Below the pieces are notes generated by a model. That model saw nothing but the letters and a program-made list of their open reading frames with translations, was not told the DNA's origin and did not search any database. Shown piece by piece: positions 1 to 7,985 of a stretch of DNA of 30,796 nucleotides (its first letter is position 1; the number at the start of each line of letters is the position of its first letter). A program made the translations under genes and the position numbers. The stretch comes from Bacteroidota bacterium (GTDB lineage: Bacteria; Bacteroidota; Bacteroidia; AKYH767-A; 2013-40CM-41-45). The stretch covers positions 1 to 30,796 of the forward strand of contig JAYUWA010000534.1 in assembly GCA_043753795.1 (NCBI GenBank), read 5' to 3'.

Positions 1-29
1 CCTGAGTTAATGTATTCTTTAATATCCAT
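1..29 (-). CDS. Probable anti-sigma factor, N-terminal fragment only (runs off the window edge)
   Basis: ATG at 29-27 overlaps the sigma-factor stop codon (TAATG) and reads MDIKEYINSG... to the window edge. This resembles the usual N-terminus of Bacteroidota anti-sigma factors encoded after ECF sigmas. Not in the ORF track. Confidence 0.6.
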
Positions 30-577
30 TACTTACTAGGTTCAAAATATTTTCTTAATCGTTGTATTGCAGCTCGAGACCGGGTCTTGACCGTTCCGAG
101 AGGTATGTTTAGTTTTTCCGCAGCTTCTGACTGTGAATACCCTTCAAAGAAGAGCAAATCGATGATCTGTTTATATTCCGGTTCCAATTTCTTCACAATA
201 TCTCGAACTCCAATCAGATCAGGATCATACGAGTTCTTGTGATCTGAAATAGATACGGCATTATCAATAGATTGGTTTTTGTTTTGATTTACAAATTCCT
301 TTGAACGCACCTTATCGATAGAAAGATTCCTGCAAAGATTAACCATCCAGGTAAATAAACGTCCTTTTGCAGAATCATATTGCATGAAATTATTCCAGAT
401 CTTCAGGAAGGCTTCTTGCAAGACATCTTCGGCAATTTCATCTTTCTGGACTATCCTGTGGATGACACCATACAAAGCAGAAGAATAATTGTCATAAAGA
501 ATCTCAATGCCACGCTTGTCACGATCGACAAGTAGCTGTATTAATTCTTCTTCTTCTATTTTGGTTTTTCTTCCCAC
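29..577 (-). CDS. ECF-type RNA polymerase sigma-70 factor (SigK-like)
   Basis: 182 aa. Region 2 (AEDVLQEAFLKIW...FTWMVNLCRNLSID) and region 4.2 HTH (YSQSEAAEKLNIPLGTVKTR). Confidence 0.95.
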   Translation of the reverse strand: MGRKTKIEEEELIQLLVDRDKRGIEILYDNYSSALYGVIHRIVQKDEIAEDVLQEAFLKIWNNFMQYDSAKGRLFTWMVNLCRNLSIDKVRSKEFVNQNKNQSIDNAVSISDHKNSYDPDLIGVRDIVKKLEPEYKQIIDLLFFEGYSQSEAAEKLNIPLGTVKTRSRAAIQRLRKYFEPSK

Positions 578-627
578 AAATAGTATTTTGGTTTAGGCGA
601 TACAAAGAAACAAAAAATAATGAATTC

Positions 628-1422
628 TCATTTCCGGCGAAGAGTAATAATGAAGTGATCCGCCATCCGATCAAACGGAAAAGTGAATCTTACTGCATTT
701 TCAACCTTCTTAAGGAATTTGAATGTGTTAGGTAATCTTTTTGGAAAAAACTCAAAATAAGGCGGTGGGACAAAAGAACAGAGCCCTTCCATTTTTACCT
801 TCGAAAATTCTTCGCCAAAAACCCTATGTATATACATTTGAGAGAAGTAAAATGTTTTAAAAAACTGACCTTCAAGATGACTTTGTGCTCCATCTTTTTT
901 AAATCTCCTGAAAGCAACTTTGAAATTTCCTTTCAATGCAAGTAACATTTCCCATGGACAAACTTTTGGCATTACCACCAGTGTTACAATTCCGCCGCTT
1001 TTTAGATTCTTTTTGATCCCTTCCACGACCGGTTGCAGGTCAGAAATGCAATTTAATCCACCGAAATCAGAGAATACAACATCAAATGGGCCTTCCGGAA
1101 ATTTTGGCAAATCAGTATAAGAGCATAATTGCGTAGTTATACTTCTTTCAAGCTTTTGTTCCTTGATCTTTATTTTCAATGTGTGAATCATCCCCGGAGC
1201 CACATCCGTCGCCAACGTTTTCATGCCATAGCTTGCAAAAAAAACTGAATCGATTCCGGTACCACAATTCAACTCCAGGATCTTTGCATTCGCAGCAAAA
1301 TGCCGAAGACAATGTTCATGGATCCTTTTGCGCATATATTGCAATATGAGATTCTCTTCTTCGATCTTATCGAACGATGAACTTTGTTTTGTAAATGCTA
1401 CTGCCGGACCTTCCTGAATCAT
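628..1422 (-). CDS. Class I SAM-dependent methyltransferase
   Basis: Motif I variant ILELNCGTGID, post-I acidic ATDVAPGM, motif II FDVVFSDFGGLNC. Start overlaps the upstream stop (ATGA). Confidence 0.9.
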   Translation of the reverse strand: MIQEGPAVAFTKQSSSFDKIEEENLILQYMRKRIHEHCLRHFAANAKILELNCGTGIDSVFFASYGMKTLATDVAPGMIHTLKIKIKEQKLERSITTQLCSYTDLPKFPEGPFDVVFSDFGGLNCISDLQPVVEGIKKNLKSGGIVTLVVMPKVCPWEMLLALKGNFKVAFRRFKKDGAQSHLEGQFFKTFYFSQMYIHRVFGEEFSKVKMEGLCSFVPPPYFEFFPKRLPNTFKFLKKVENAVRFTFPFDRMADHFIITLRRK

Positions 1423-2888
1423 GCGGGTCTGTTCTTGTCCATTACACCAAGTTTATAACCATTGACCAATTTATAAAAAGCATGCAAAGGTAAAAGCACA
1501 CTGGTTCTGACTTTCGACCTGGAAATTGTTGAAGGCGATATCAACATTTGCGAAAGTGTTTCTTTTCCTTGTTGCATCCTGAACATCCGGTGTACATAAC
1601 GCTGAAGAACTTTGTAATAATTTCGCGGCAGATCTTTATTGAACATCAATGCAAGTTCATCGGAATCTTCCCAGTTTGATTTTTCACCAAGTTGGTCTTT
1701 AACTCTTTCGTAAAAAACTGTTCCCGGAAGTGGATATGAAACGGAGATTCCGATATCGTCAGGTTTTAAGTCAGATAGCATCTTCAAGGTTAACTTCACA
1801 TCATTTTTATTTTCACCGGGATAACCAAACTGTAAAAAAAATGCTGCCTTCACTCCTGCTTTCCTTAGGCCAATTGATGCATCACGGATCTGTTTAACTG
1901 TAATTCCTTTATCCATTGCATCGAGAATTTTTTGTGAACCGCTTTCTGCACCCATCCATACAATTTCACATCCTGCTCGCGCAAGATCAGAAATAGCATT
2001 GTCGTTTGTCAGCAGATCAGCGCGTGACTGGATTTTGAATTTGAATTTCAGTTGAGATGCTTCTATAAGGTCAGCAAATTCTTTTACCCATCCCGGCTTT
2101 AATCCAAAAATGTCGTCAGTCATCCAGAAATGACTCGCACCAAATGTCGACTGCAAAAATTTTATTTGTTCAACAATACGCAATGGACTGTGAACATTGT
2201 ACCTGTTTCCATAAATTGGTTTTGCACACCAATTACAATGGAAAGGGCAACCTCTTGTTGTACTTAAGTTAAGCGAAAAATATCCGGTACTTGCAATCCA
2301 TCGATCTTTGTACTCACTCATATTTATCAGATCCCATGCAGGAGTTGGAAGATCATCGATCGATTTCAAAACATTTCGCTTCGGTGATTTGAATAAACCT
2401 GTTGGAGTCATATAAATTAACCCCGCAATAAAATCCGGTTGTTGATCTGATACAGAAAGATGATCGGCTAATTCACCCAAAGCTTCTTCTCCTTCTCCGT
2501 ATATTATATAATCAGCCCCGGCAGATAAATATTTTTCAGGGTGATCTGTTGAATCACTGCTATTAACGATAACTTTAATATTACGGGCTTTAGCAAAATG
2601 GATCATTTGAAATGCAGCCTCACGCATATTAGTGAGACACATTTTCGTCAGGTAATTAAATCCATCATCATAGATAACAAGATAATCAGGTTTATCTTTT
2701 GCTAAAAAAGGAATGATCTCTTCAGCAGAATGCGCAAACATTGAATCGAAAAGTGAAATTGAATAGTTTTTACTTTTAAGAAAAGCAGCGGCAGAAATTG
2801 TTCCTAGCGGAGGATAGGGTTGTTGCATTTTCCATTGTTTCGGATCGAAACGAAGGAAGTAGCTATGCGCAAATAGAATTTTTTTCAT
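1419..2888 (-). CDS. B12-binding domain radical SAM protein (class B-like)
   Basis: N-terminal cobalamin-binding-like domain (PYPPLGT...GEGEEAL), CxxxCxxC in TRGCPFHCNWC, FWMTDDIF, GAESGSQKILDAMDKG, GYPGE. Confidence 0.92.
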   Translation of the reverse strand: MKKILFAHSYFLRFDPKQWKMQQPYPPLGTISAAAFLKSKNYSISLFDSMFAHSAEEIIPFLAKDKPDYLVIYDDGFNYLTKMCLTNMREAAFQMIHFAKARNIKVIVNSSDSTDHPEKYLSAGADYIIYGEGEEALGELADHLSVSDQQPDFIAGLIYMTPTGLFKSPKRNVLKSIDDLPTPAWDLINMSEYKDRWIASTGYFSLNLSTTRGCPFHCNWCAKPIYGNRYNVHSPLRIVEQIKFLQSTFGASHFWMTDDIFGLKPGWVKEFADLIEASQLKFKFKIQSRADLLTNDNAISDLARAGCEIVWMGAESGSQKILDAMDKGITVKQIRDASIGLRKAGVKAAFFLQFGYPGENKNDVKLTLKMLSDLKPDDIGISVSYPLPGTVFYERVKDQLGEKSNWEDSDELALMFNKDLPRNYYKVLQRYVHRMFRMQQGKETLSQMLISPSTISRSKVRTSVLLPLHAFYKLVNGYKLGVMDKNRPA

Positions 2889-3846
2889 GTCTCAAAACAA
2901 TATCGTGCTGTTTTTCAAAATTGGCGAATTTAATGTCAAGTTCCCGGAGAATTTTCTCCTGAAACCCATTGGGATGATGTTTGGAGACATTCTTTTTTGT
3001 ACGCATCCGCAGATCAAATGTTGATGCATCAAAATCCTTGAATTTTTTCTTCCAGTGTTTTAGTGTGAATTTGAAAAAATAGTTATCAATAGCCTCACCT
3101 AAAGATCCGGAAAATATTTTTTCGAGAAATGATTTTATCCGAGGAAATTTTTCATCGACTAAATAGTATTCATTCCTCAGAGGGAAGTTTGGATAAAATG
3201 TTTTACTCCATATATTTTCATTCATGAAATTCAAATATTCAGAATAGTTGTATACAGGAATGAGATAACTAACTTCTGTAGCAGTAAAAATATTTCTATC
3301 AGGAATGGAAAGCTGATCTTCAGAAACAAAGTAATTCACACAAAAGTTCTTTTTTGAGTTTAACAAAAAGAGTTTTTTGTATAAAACTAAAAATGTTCTT
3401 GTCAACCAAAGTCTGTTCCGGGAAGTGATAATAAAATAGTCGATATCCGAATTTTCGTCCATAAAATTTTTTGACAGTGAACCACTGATCGTCACAGCTT
3501 TTACAAATGGGAACGAAGCGATCAGGCTGCTGAACTTTTTCATCCGGTCAACCATCTTCTTTGCAAACTTTTCACCGGCAATTCGTCTATGCATATTGAA
3601 TACAGAAGGGAAAACTGAATAATATCCTTCGTGAAAATAAATTTTCTGTTCATCGACTAATTCCAAAAGTACTTCCGGCAATTCATTTTCATCCTTCAAC
3701 TCTATTTGAATAAGATCATTGATCTCATTTATTGAAAGTGGATGATTGAAGATGTCAAAATAAAGAAGCACGCGAATCACTGCTGCTGACATTTCAACAT
3801 TTTGCTTAGTACAATTCCGATACGAACTTGTGGGAGAGTAATTCAT
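2863..3846 (-). CDS. Nucleotidyltransferase-domain protein (Pol-beta superfamily) with a possible N-terminal winged helix
   Basis: GS-x(9)-DxD signature: VTISGSLSKNFMDENSDIDYFIIT. N-terminus FNHPLSINEI...LLELVDEQKIYFHEGYY is wHTH-like. Confidence 0.7.
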   Translation of the reverse strand: MNYSPTSSYRNCTKQNVEMSAAVIRVLLYFDIFNHPLSINEINDLIQIELKDENELPEVLLELVDEQKIYFHEGYYSVFPSVFNMHRRIAGEKFAKKMVDRMKKFSSLIASFPFVKAVTISGSLSKNFMDENSDIDYFIITSRNRLWLTRTFLVLYKKLFLLNSKKNFCVNYFVSEDQLSIPDRNIFTATEVSYLIPVYNYSEYLNFMNENIWSKTFYPNFPLRNEYYLVDEKFPRIKSFLEKIFSGSLGEAIDNYFFKFTLKHWKKKFKDFDASTFDLRMRTKKNVSKHHPNGFQEKILRELDIKFANFEKQHDIVLRHEKNSICA

Positions 3847-3882
3847 CTGGGAGAAAGGAAGTTTTAAAGATAGTAATTTTCC

Positions 3883-4641
3883 CTAAACTGTAATTTTAAA
3901 AATGTATAGGTTTTCAGTAATAAATTGTTTGACGGAAACTGCCTTTATCGCAAGCGAATTTTCTTTAGCTAATCCGAATATTTTAGTGAAATTACAATCT
4001 TCAGATAAAACCATATACATTTCTGAAGAAGCATCCATATGCGCTTTGCATTGTACAAACAATTTTTTAAAATATTCGAAATCCTTTCCTGCATACCATG
4101 CATGATCGGAAGGTTTTCTTGCAATACCCGGATAAAAAGGGGGGTTAACAATGAGAATATCAAAAATTCCATTTGTTACATTATCAAAAAGATCCGATTC
4201 AAACACTTCAACACTTCCTGAATTCTCATTTATTCTTTCTGAATTCAGAGAAACATTCAGTTTTGTATTTTCCATGGCTAATGGACAAATATCAATAGCT
4301 GTAACATTGGCACCTTCTTTTGCGGCTACTATTGAGATAAGACCTGAGCCCGAACCTATTTCTATTACTTTCTTTTTAGAAAAATTCATGAATTCCAAAA
4401 ATTCAAGCATAAAGCTTGTGCTGCTGAAGAATCGTGGATGAAAAACTCCGGGTTTTATCTTCAAAGCTATATCCTGATATTTGTAATTGGATTCTTTCGA
4501 TGTATACCACTCAACAAACGGCTTATAAATAAAATTCAAAATCCTTTTTTCAAGAAATCGCACCGGTCTCTTAACTGCCTTCCGATTAAGAATCTGTTCC
4601 ATTGTTTTTACTTCTTTCATTTGAATAACATAATATTTCAA
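3883..4641 (-). CDS. HemK/PrmC-related class I methyltransferase (NPPF motif)
   Basis: GVFHP, VIEIGSGSGLIS, TAIDI, SDLF, DILIVNPPFY. TTG start abuts the upstream stop; alternative ATG at 4620. Confidence 0.85.
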   Translation of the reverse strand: MKYYVIQMKEVKTMEQILNRKAVKRPVRFLEKRILNFIYKPFVEWYTSKESNYKYQDIALKIKPGVFHPRFFSSTSFMLEFLEFMNFSKKKVIEIGSGSGLISIVAAKEGANVTAIDICPLAMENTKLNVSLNSERINENSGSVEVFESDLFDNVTNGIFDILIVNPPFYPGIARKPSDHAWYAGKDFEYFKKLFVQCKAHMDASSEMYMVLSEDCNFTKIFGLAKENSLAIKAVSVKQFITENLYIFKITV

Positions 4642-6147
4642 TTAAAAGCCCTCAATTTCTGGTTGCCGATACTTCCATAATTTTTGAATTGCCTTTATCT
4701 CATAAGGGAACGAATACACTTTATTCTTATATCTGAATGCAGAGATCTTTTTCAGGATTTTAATCTTAGTATCATTTAATCTGATGTCAGAATAAGTCGG
4801 AAAATAACCATTCAAAACTGTTTCAAAATTTCGGATATAATCAATCATTTCAGCTGTCAACCAAGGTGTCAAAGGATTCTTACGGAGGTCGAACTTTTCC
4901 CATGCCGATGAGATCCAATCTTCCAGTTTCTCCGGATAATGAAATCCGGATGCCTGCACTTTTTCATACAACTCACTTCCTTCAACAGGCACAGGTGAAT
5001 ACACATAAATGATAATTTCCGTATCCGGATTTATCTCTTTGATCTCTCTGATAAACTCTACATCTCTCCTGATCTGTTTCCAAGATTCTTCTTCCGTTTC
5101 ACCGGGCATCCCCAGCACAAAAGAATATTCAGGAATAATATCGAACTTTTTCATTCGAGCAGCAAAAGAACGGATTTGAGCAGCACTTTGTGTTCCGCCT
5201 TTGTCCATCCGTTTCAAGATATCATCATTGCCTGTTTCTGCTCCGAAGAAGATCATCTTGCAACCTGACTCGCGCATGATTGCAAGTGACTCATCAGAAT
5301 ATTTATTGATGGTATCGATACGGCCTTCACCCCACCAGATCATGTTTTCTTTTTTGATGAGGTTTGAAAACTCTACTGTTCTTTTTTCAGAAACAAAAAA
5401 ATTGTTGTCGTGAAATTCAATAGCATTTCCACCAAAAGTATTTTTAAGATAGAGAATGTCTTTATAAATTTTCTCTGCTGATTTTCCTTTCCAACGTGCA
5501 TTATAAATTGGAACAACAGCACAGAAACTACACGTAAATGGACAACCAAAACTGGAATGATATGCAATTGTTTTTGTCCCCAGACAAGTCTTTCCAAGAT
5601 ACCTGCGCATATCATAAAATTCATTGAGTTGAGCATATGGAAATGAAGGCAAAAGATCCTGATCGTAGATCTCATCTTTTTTTGTTGTGATTATCTCTCC
5701 GCTTTCATTCTTAAAGATCAGATTCGGCAAAGAAGAAAAATTTCGTGTTCCTGTTTCAAGTTCTTTCAGTAATGCAGGAAAAACTTTTTCACCGGGACCA
5801 TTCACAACAAAGTCGACAAAACCGGAATTCAAAACCACTTTGGAGTGGTTAGAAGGAAAATATCCACCCCAGATGATTCTGACTTTTGGAAAAGACTCTC
5901 TGACTTTTTTAGAAAAAGGAATTGCTTGCTTCAGTTGTGGTCCGGGCATGACGGTTGATGCAAATACAAAGAACTCCCCTGAATCCAGGTACTTTTCAAT
6001 TTTAGTCCAGGGATCAACTTCCAGATTTCCATCTACTATTACCCATTCATAAAGTCCATTCAAAGTAGCAGCCACCGACAAAATCGAATTCGGGATCCTA
6101 GGTTTTGTATTTGCAGCTCTGGGGTTGAATAAAAGGACTTTTTTCAC
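4642..6147 (-). CDS. B12-binding domain radical SAM protein (class B-like)
   Basis: LLFNPR, IWGGYFPS, VVNGPGE, CxxxCxxC in SFGCPFTCSFC, FHDNNF, GAETGNDDILKRMDKG, GMPGET. GTG start. Confidence 0.92.
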   Translation of the reverse strand: MKKVLLFNPRAANTKPRIPNSILSVAATLNGLYEWVIVDGNLEVDPWTKIEKYLDSGEFFVFASTVMPGPQLKQAIPFSKKVRESFPKVRIIWGGYFPSNHSKVVLNSGFVDFVVNGPGEKVFPALLKELETGTRNFSSLPNLIFKNESGEIITTKKDEIYDQDLLPSFPYAQLNEFYDMRRYLGKTCLGTKTIAYHSSFGCPFTCSFCAVVPIYNARWKGKSAEKIYKDILYLKNTFGGNAIEFHDNNFFVSEKRTVEFSNLIKKENMIWWGEGRIDTINKYSDESLAIMRESGCKMIFFGAETGNDDILKRMDKGGTQSAAQIRSFAARMKKFDIIPEYSFVLGMPGETEEESWKQIRRDVEFIREIKEINPDTEIIIYVYSPVPVEGSELYEKVQASGFHYPEKLEDWISSAWEKFDLRKNPLTPWLTAEMIDYIRNFETVLNGYFPTYSDIRLNDTKIKILKKISAFRYKNKVYSFPYEIKAIQKLWKYRQPEIEGF

Positions 6148-6286
6148 GAGTGGAAGATATTGGTTTTAGGGCAATATAATGTAGTTTTTCATCACGAAAT
6201 AAGTAGACTTGGAGTAGACATTCTGGCAATTCAATAATTTTAAACACATCTTTAATTGCTTTATCCTTTTATTTCCTGCAGTCAAG

Positions 6287-6392
6287 ATCTGCGATCTTAT
6301 CTGCGAATTTATCTGCGCAATCTGCGGGAGAAAAACACACTGTAATTTCTCCCGCAGATTGCGCAGATAAATACGCAGATAAATACGCAGAT
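6287..6392. repeat. 106-bp imperfect palindrome made of mirrored ATCTGCG/CGCAGAT units
   Basis: ATCTGCG at 6287, 6299, 6311, 6320 and CGCAGAT at 6353, 6362, 6374, 6386. Perfect 27-bp inner arms 6307-6333 and 6346-6372 around a 12-nt loop. Confidence 0.95.
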
Positions 6393-6396
6393 TTGG

Positions 6397-6415
6397 AGCT
6401 ACATTAATTGTAGCT
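6397..6415. other. Small hairpin AGCTACA-TTAAT-TGTAGCT downstream of the GT87 gene
   Basis: Perfect 7-bp stem with no clear U-tract, so not called as a terminator. Confidence 0.4.
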
Positions 6416-6462
6416 TGCTTGTCCTTGTATCAAAAACTTATTGAATCTTAATGTTAAAATTT

Positions 6463-7704
6463 TTATGCATCACTCCTTGCATATTTCACTACAAAAATTG
6501 CAGTCATCACAAAAAACAAATTCAACAAAATCAATCTGTAAAACTGAAATGGCAGAAATGAAATCTTCGAATTGACAAAATCAAAAACAATCCCACTGAA
6601 ACCAAATACAAAAAGCGAACAAATAAGAAACGCTATGAAACGCTCATTCTCTTTTTGCAATCCGATCAAAAGTGCAACCGGAAATAATAGAAGCAACAAA
6701 TGATAACTGGCAGATGCAGGTGAAAATGCCAGTGCGCATAATGAAAGGAAAACAACTGAGTAAGCAGACAGGTCAGGGTGATTGTTTAATCTGTGCAAAG
6801 TATAAATCAGCGTTGAAATCAATCCTACGAAAACGATTGCCTTTAGGATTATCACACCATTTGGCCAATCAAATACAGGATTTGGATTAATGATCGAATC
6901 ATTCGAAAACAAATTCAACGCAAGTGAATTCCACGATTGAAATGCAAATGCATACGGATTCTGTCCTTCGAGCTTACCATTCAAATGATCAAACAAAACT
7001 GAATTTATAAAATCATTACAGGGCTTTGTGCCGATAATGATAATTGAAAGTAAAGCAATGCCGATCAAGGAAATTAAGGTTGCGACAATTGCTTTGAAAT
7101 TTTTTCTGATCAGGAATGCCGGTAATGTTACTACCGGAAAATATTTTATGGCTATACCGGAAGCAAGTAAAAATCCTGACCAACCGGATCTTTTTTCGGC
7201 CTGCATCCATGCAATCATCCACATTAAAAGCACCAAAAGGTAAACTTGTCCAAGGTAGAAGTTGTTGTATAAAGCAATACCAGATAACAAAACAACAGAT
7301 GCACTTTGCTGCAAATTGAGTTTGGAGATCTTCGAGAAAAGAACAATCACTCCATACAATAAAAGGATATTGATGCATGTCCAGATCCTCTTAGCAGTAA
7401 TTGGCGGAAATCCGGCAACCGGCAACATAACAAATACTGTCGGCGGTGGAAACGGAGCAAACTTCCCTTCCTGATCTATTCCATAGCTGTGAATCAGATC
7501 ATTAAAGGTAGTATTGGAATAGATGCCTGATAAATCCTTTCCTTCGAGTAACAATTTGGATGAAACATAGTAATTAGGGAAATCACTGCGGACATCAGTC
7601 ATTGCCGGATAGATACCTTTCCAAATTTGAATTAAAACCAACATTAACAAGAAAATTCTGCCCGAAACGGAATTCGAGAAAAGCAGATTTTTGAACCACA
7701 TCAT
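6463..7704 (-). CDS. GT87/DUF2029-like membrane glycosyltransferase (GT-C fold)
   Basis: SDFPNYY near the N-terminus, FAPFPPPT, NNFYLGQVYLLVL, GIAIKYFP, and many hydrophobic segments. Confidence 0.85.
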   Translation of the reverse strand: MMWFKNLLFSNSVSGRIFLLMLVLIQIWKGIYPAMTDVRSDFPNYYVSSKLLLEGKDLSGIYSNTTFNDLIHSYGIDQEGKFAPFPPPTVFVMLPVAGFPPITAKRIWTCINILLLYGVIVLFSKISKLNLQQSASVVLLSGIALYNNFYLGQVYLLVLLMWMIAWMQAEKRSGWSGFLLASGIAIKYFPVVTLPAFLIRKNFKAIVATLISLIGIALLSIIIIGTKPCNDFINSVLFDHLNGKLEGQNPYAFAFQSWNSLALNLFSNDSIINPNPVFDWPNGVIILKAIVFVGLISTLIYTLHRLNNHPDLSAYSVVFLSLCALAFSPASASYHLLLLLFPVALLIGLQKENERFIAFLICSLFVFGFSGIVFDFVNSKISFLPFQFYRLILLNLFFVMTAIFVVKYARSDA

Positions 7705-7751
7705 CGGGCTAATTTAGGAGAATTCGGGAAGAGATGTTGGTGAAATTCTGC

Positions 7752-7759
7752 TAAATTTG
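7752..7759 (+). promoter_or_regulatory. Bacteroidota sigma-A -7 element (TAAATTTG) for the acyl-CoA dehydrogenase gene
   Basis: Exact TAnnTTTG match in the divergent intergenic region. No clear -33 element. Confidence 0.55.
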
Positions 7760-7772
7760 CTACGCCTTTTTG

Positions 7773-7937
7773 AAGGTCAAAGGTCAAAGGTCAAAGGTCA
7801 AAGGTCAAAGGTCAAAGGTCAAAGGTCAAAGGTCAAAGATCAAAGATCAAAGGTCATAGATCATAGATCAATGGTCAATGCATAAAGTTTAAGCCAAGTC
7901 AAACCGCAAATAACCTTTTACCCTTGACCCTTGACCT
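7773..7937. repeat. Heptamer tandem array (AAGGTCA)n with an inverted partner arm
   Basis: 9 perfect AAGGTCA copies at 7773-7835 plus 6 mostly variant units to 7877. Reverse-oriented arm TAACCTT-TTACCCT-TGACCCT-TGACCT at 7911-7937. Confidence 0.97.
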
Positions 7938-7985
7938 AATGAAGAGGGTAAGTTTAAGTAAAAAGAAAAAAGAAAAAAGAAAAAA

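Noticed and set aside
1419-6147. Naming the radical SAMs bchE, hpnJ or hpnP
   Set aside because: No photosynthesis or hopanoid genes are in context, and the shared motifs are generic to B12-radical SAMs.
6148-6462. RiPP precursor peptide for the radical SAM enzymes
   Set aside because: On the minus strand I noticed only 8-9-codon ORFs (MKNYIILP, MSTPSLLIS). No SPASM domain, RRE, peptidase or peptide exporter is linked to the cluster. A precursor outside the window cannot be excluded.
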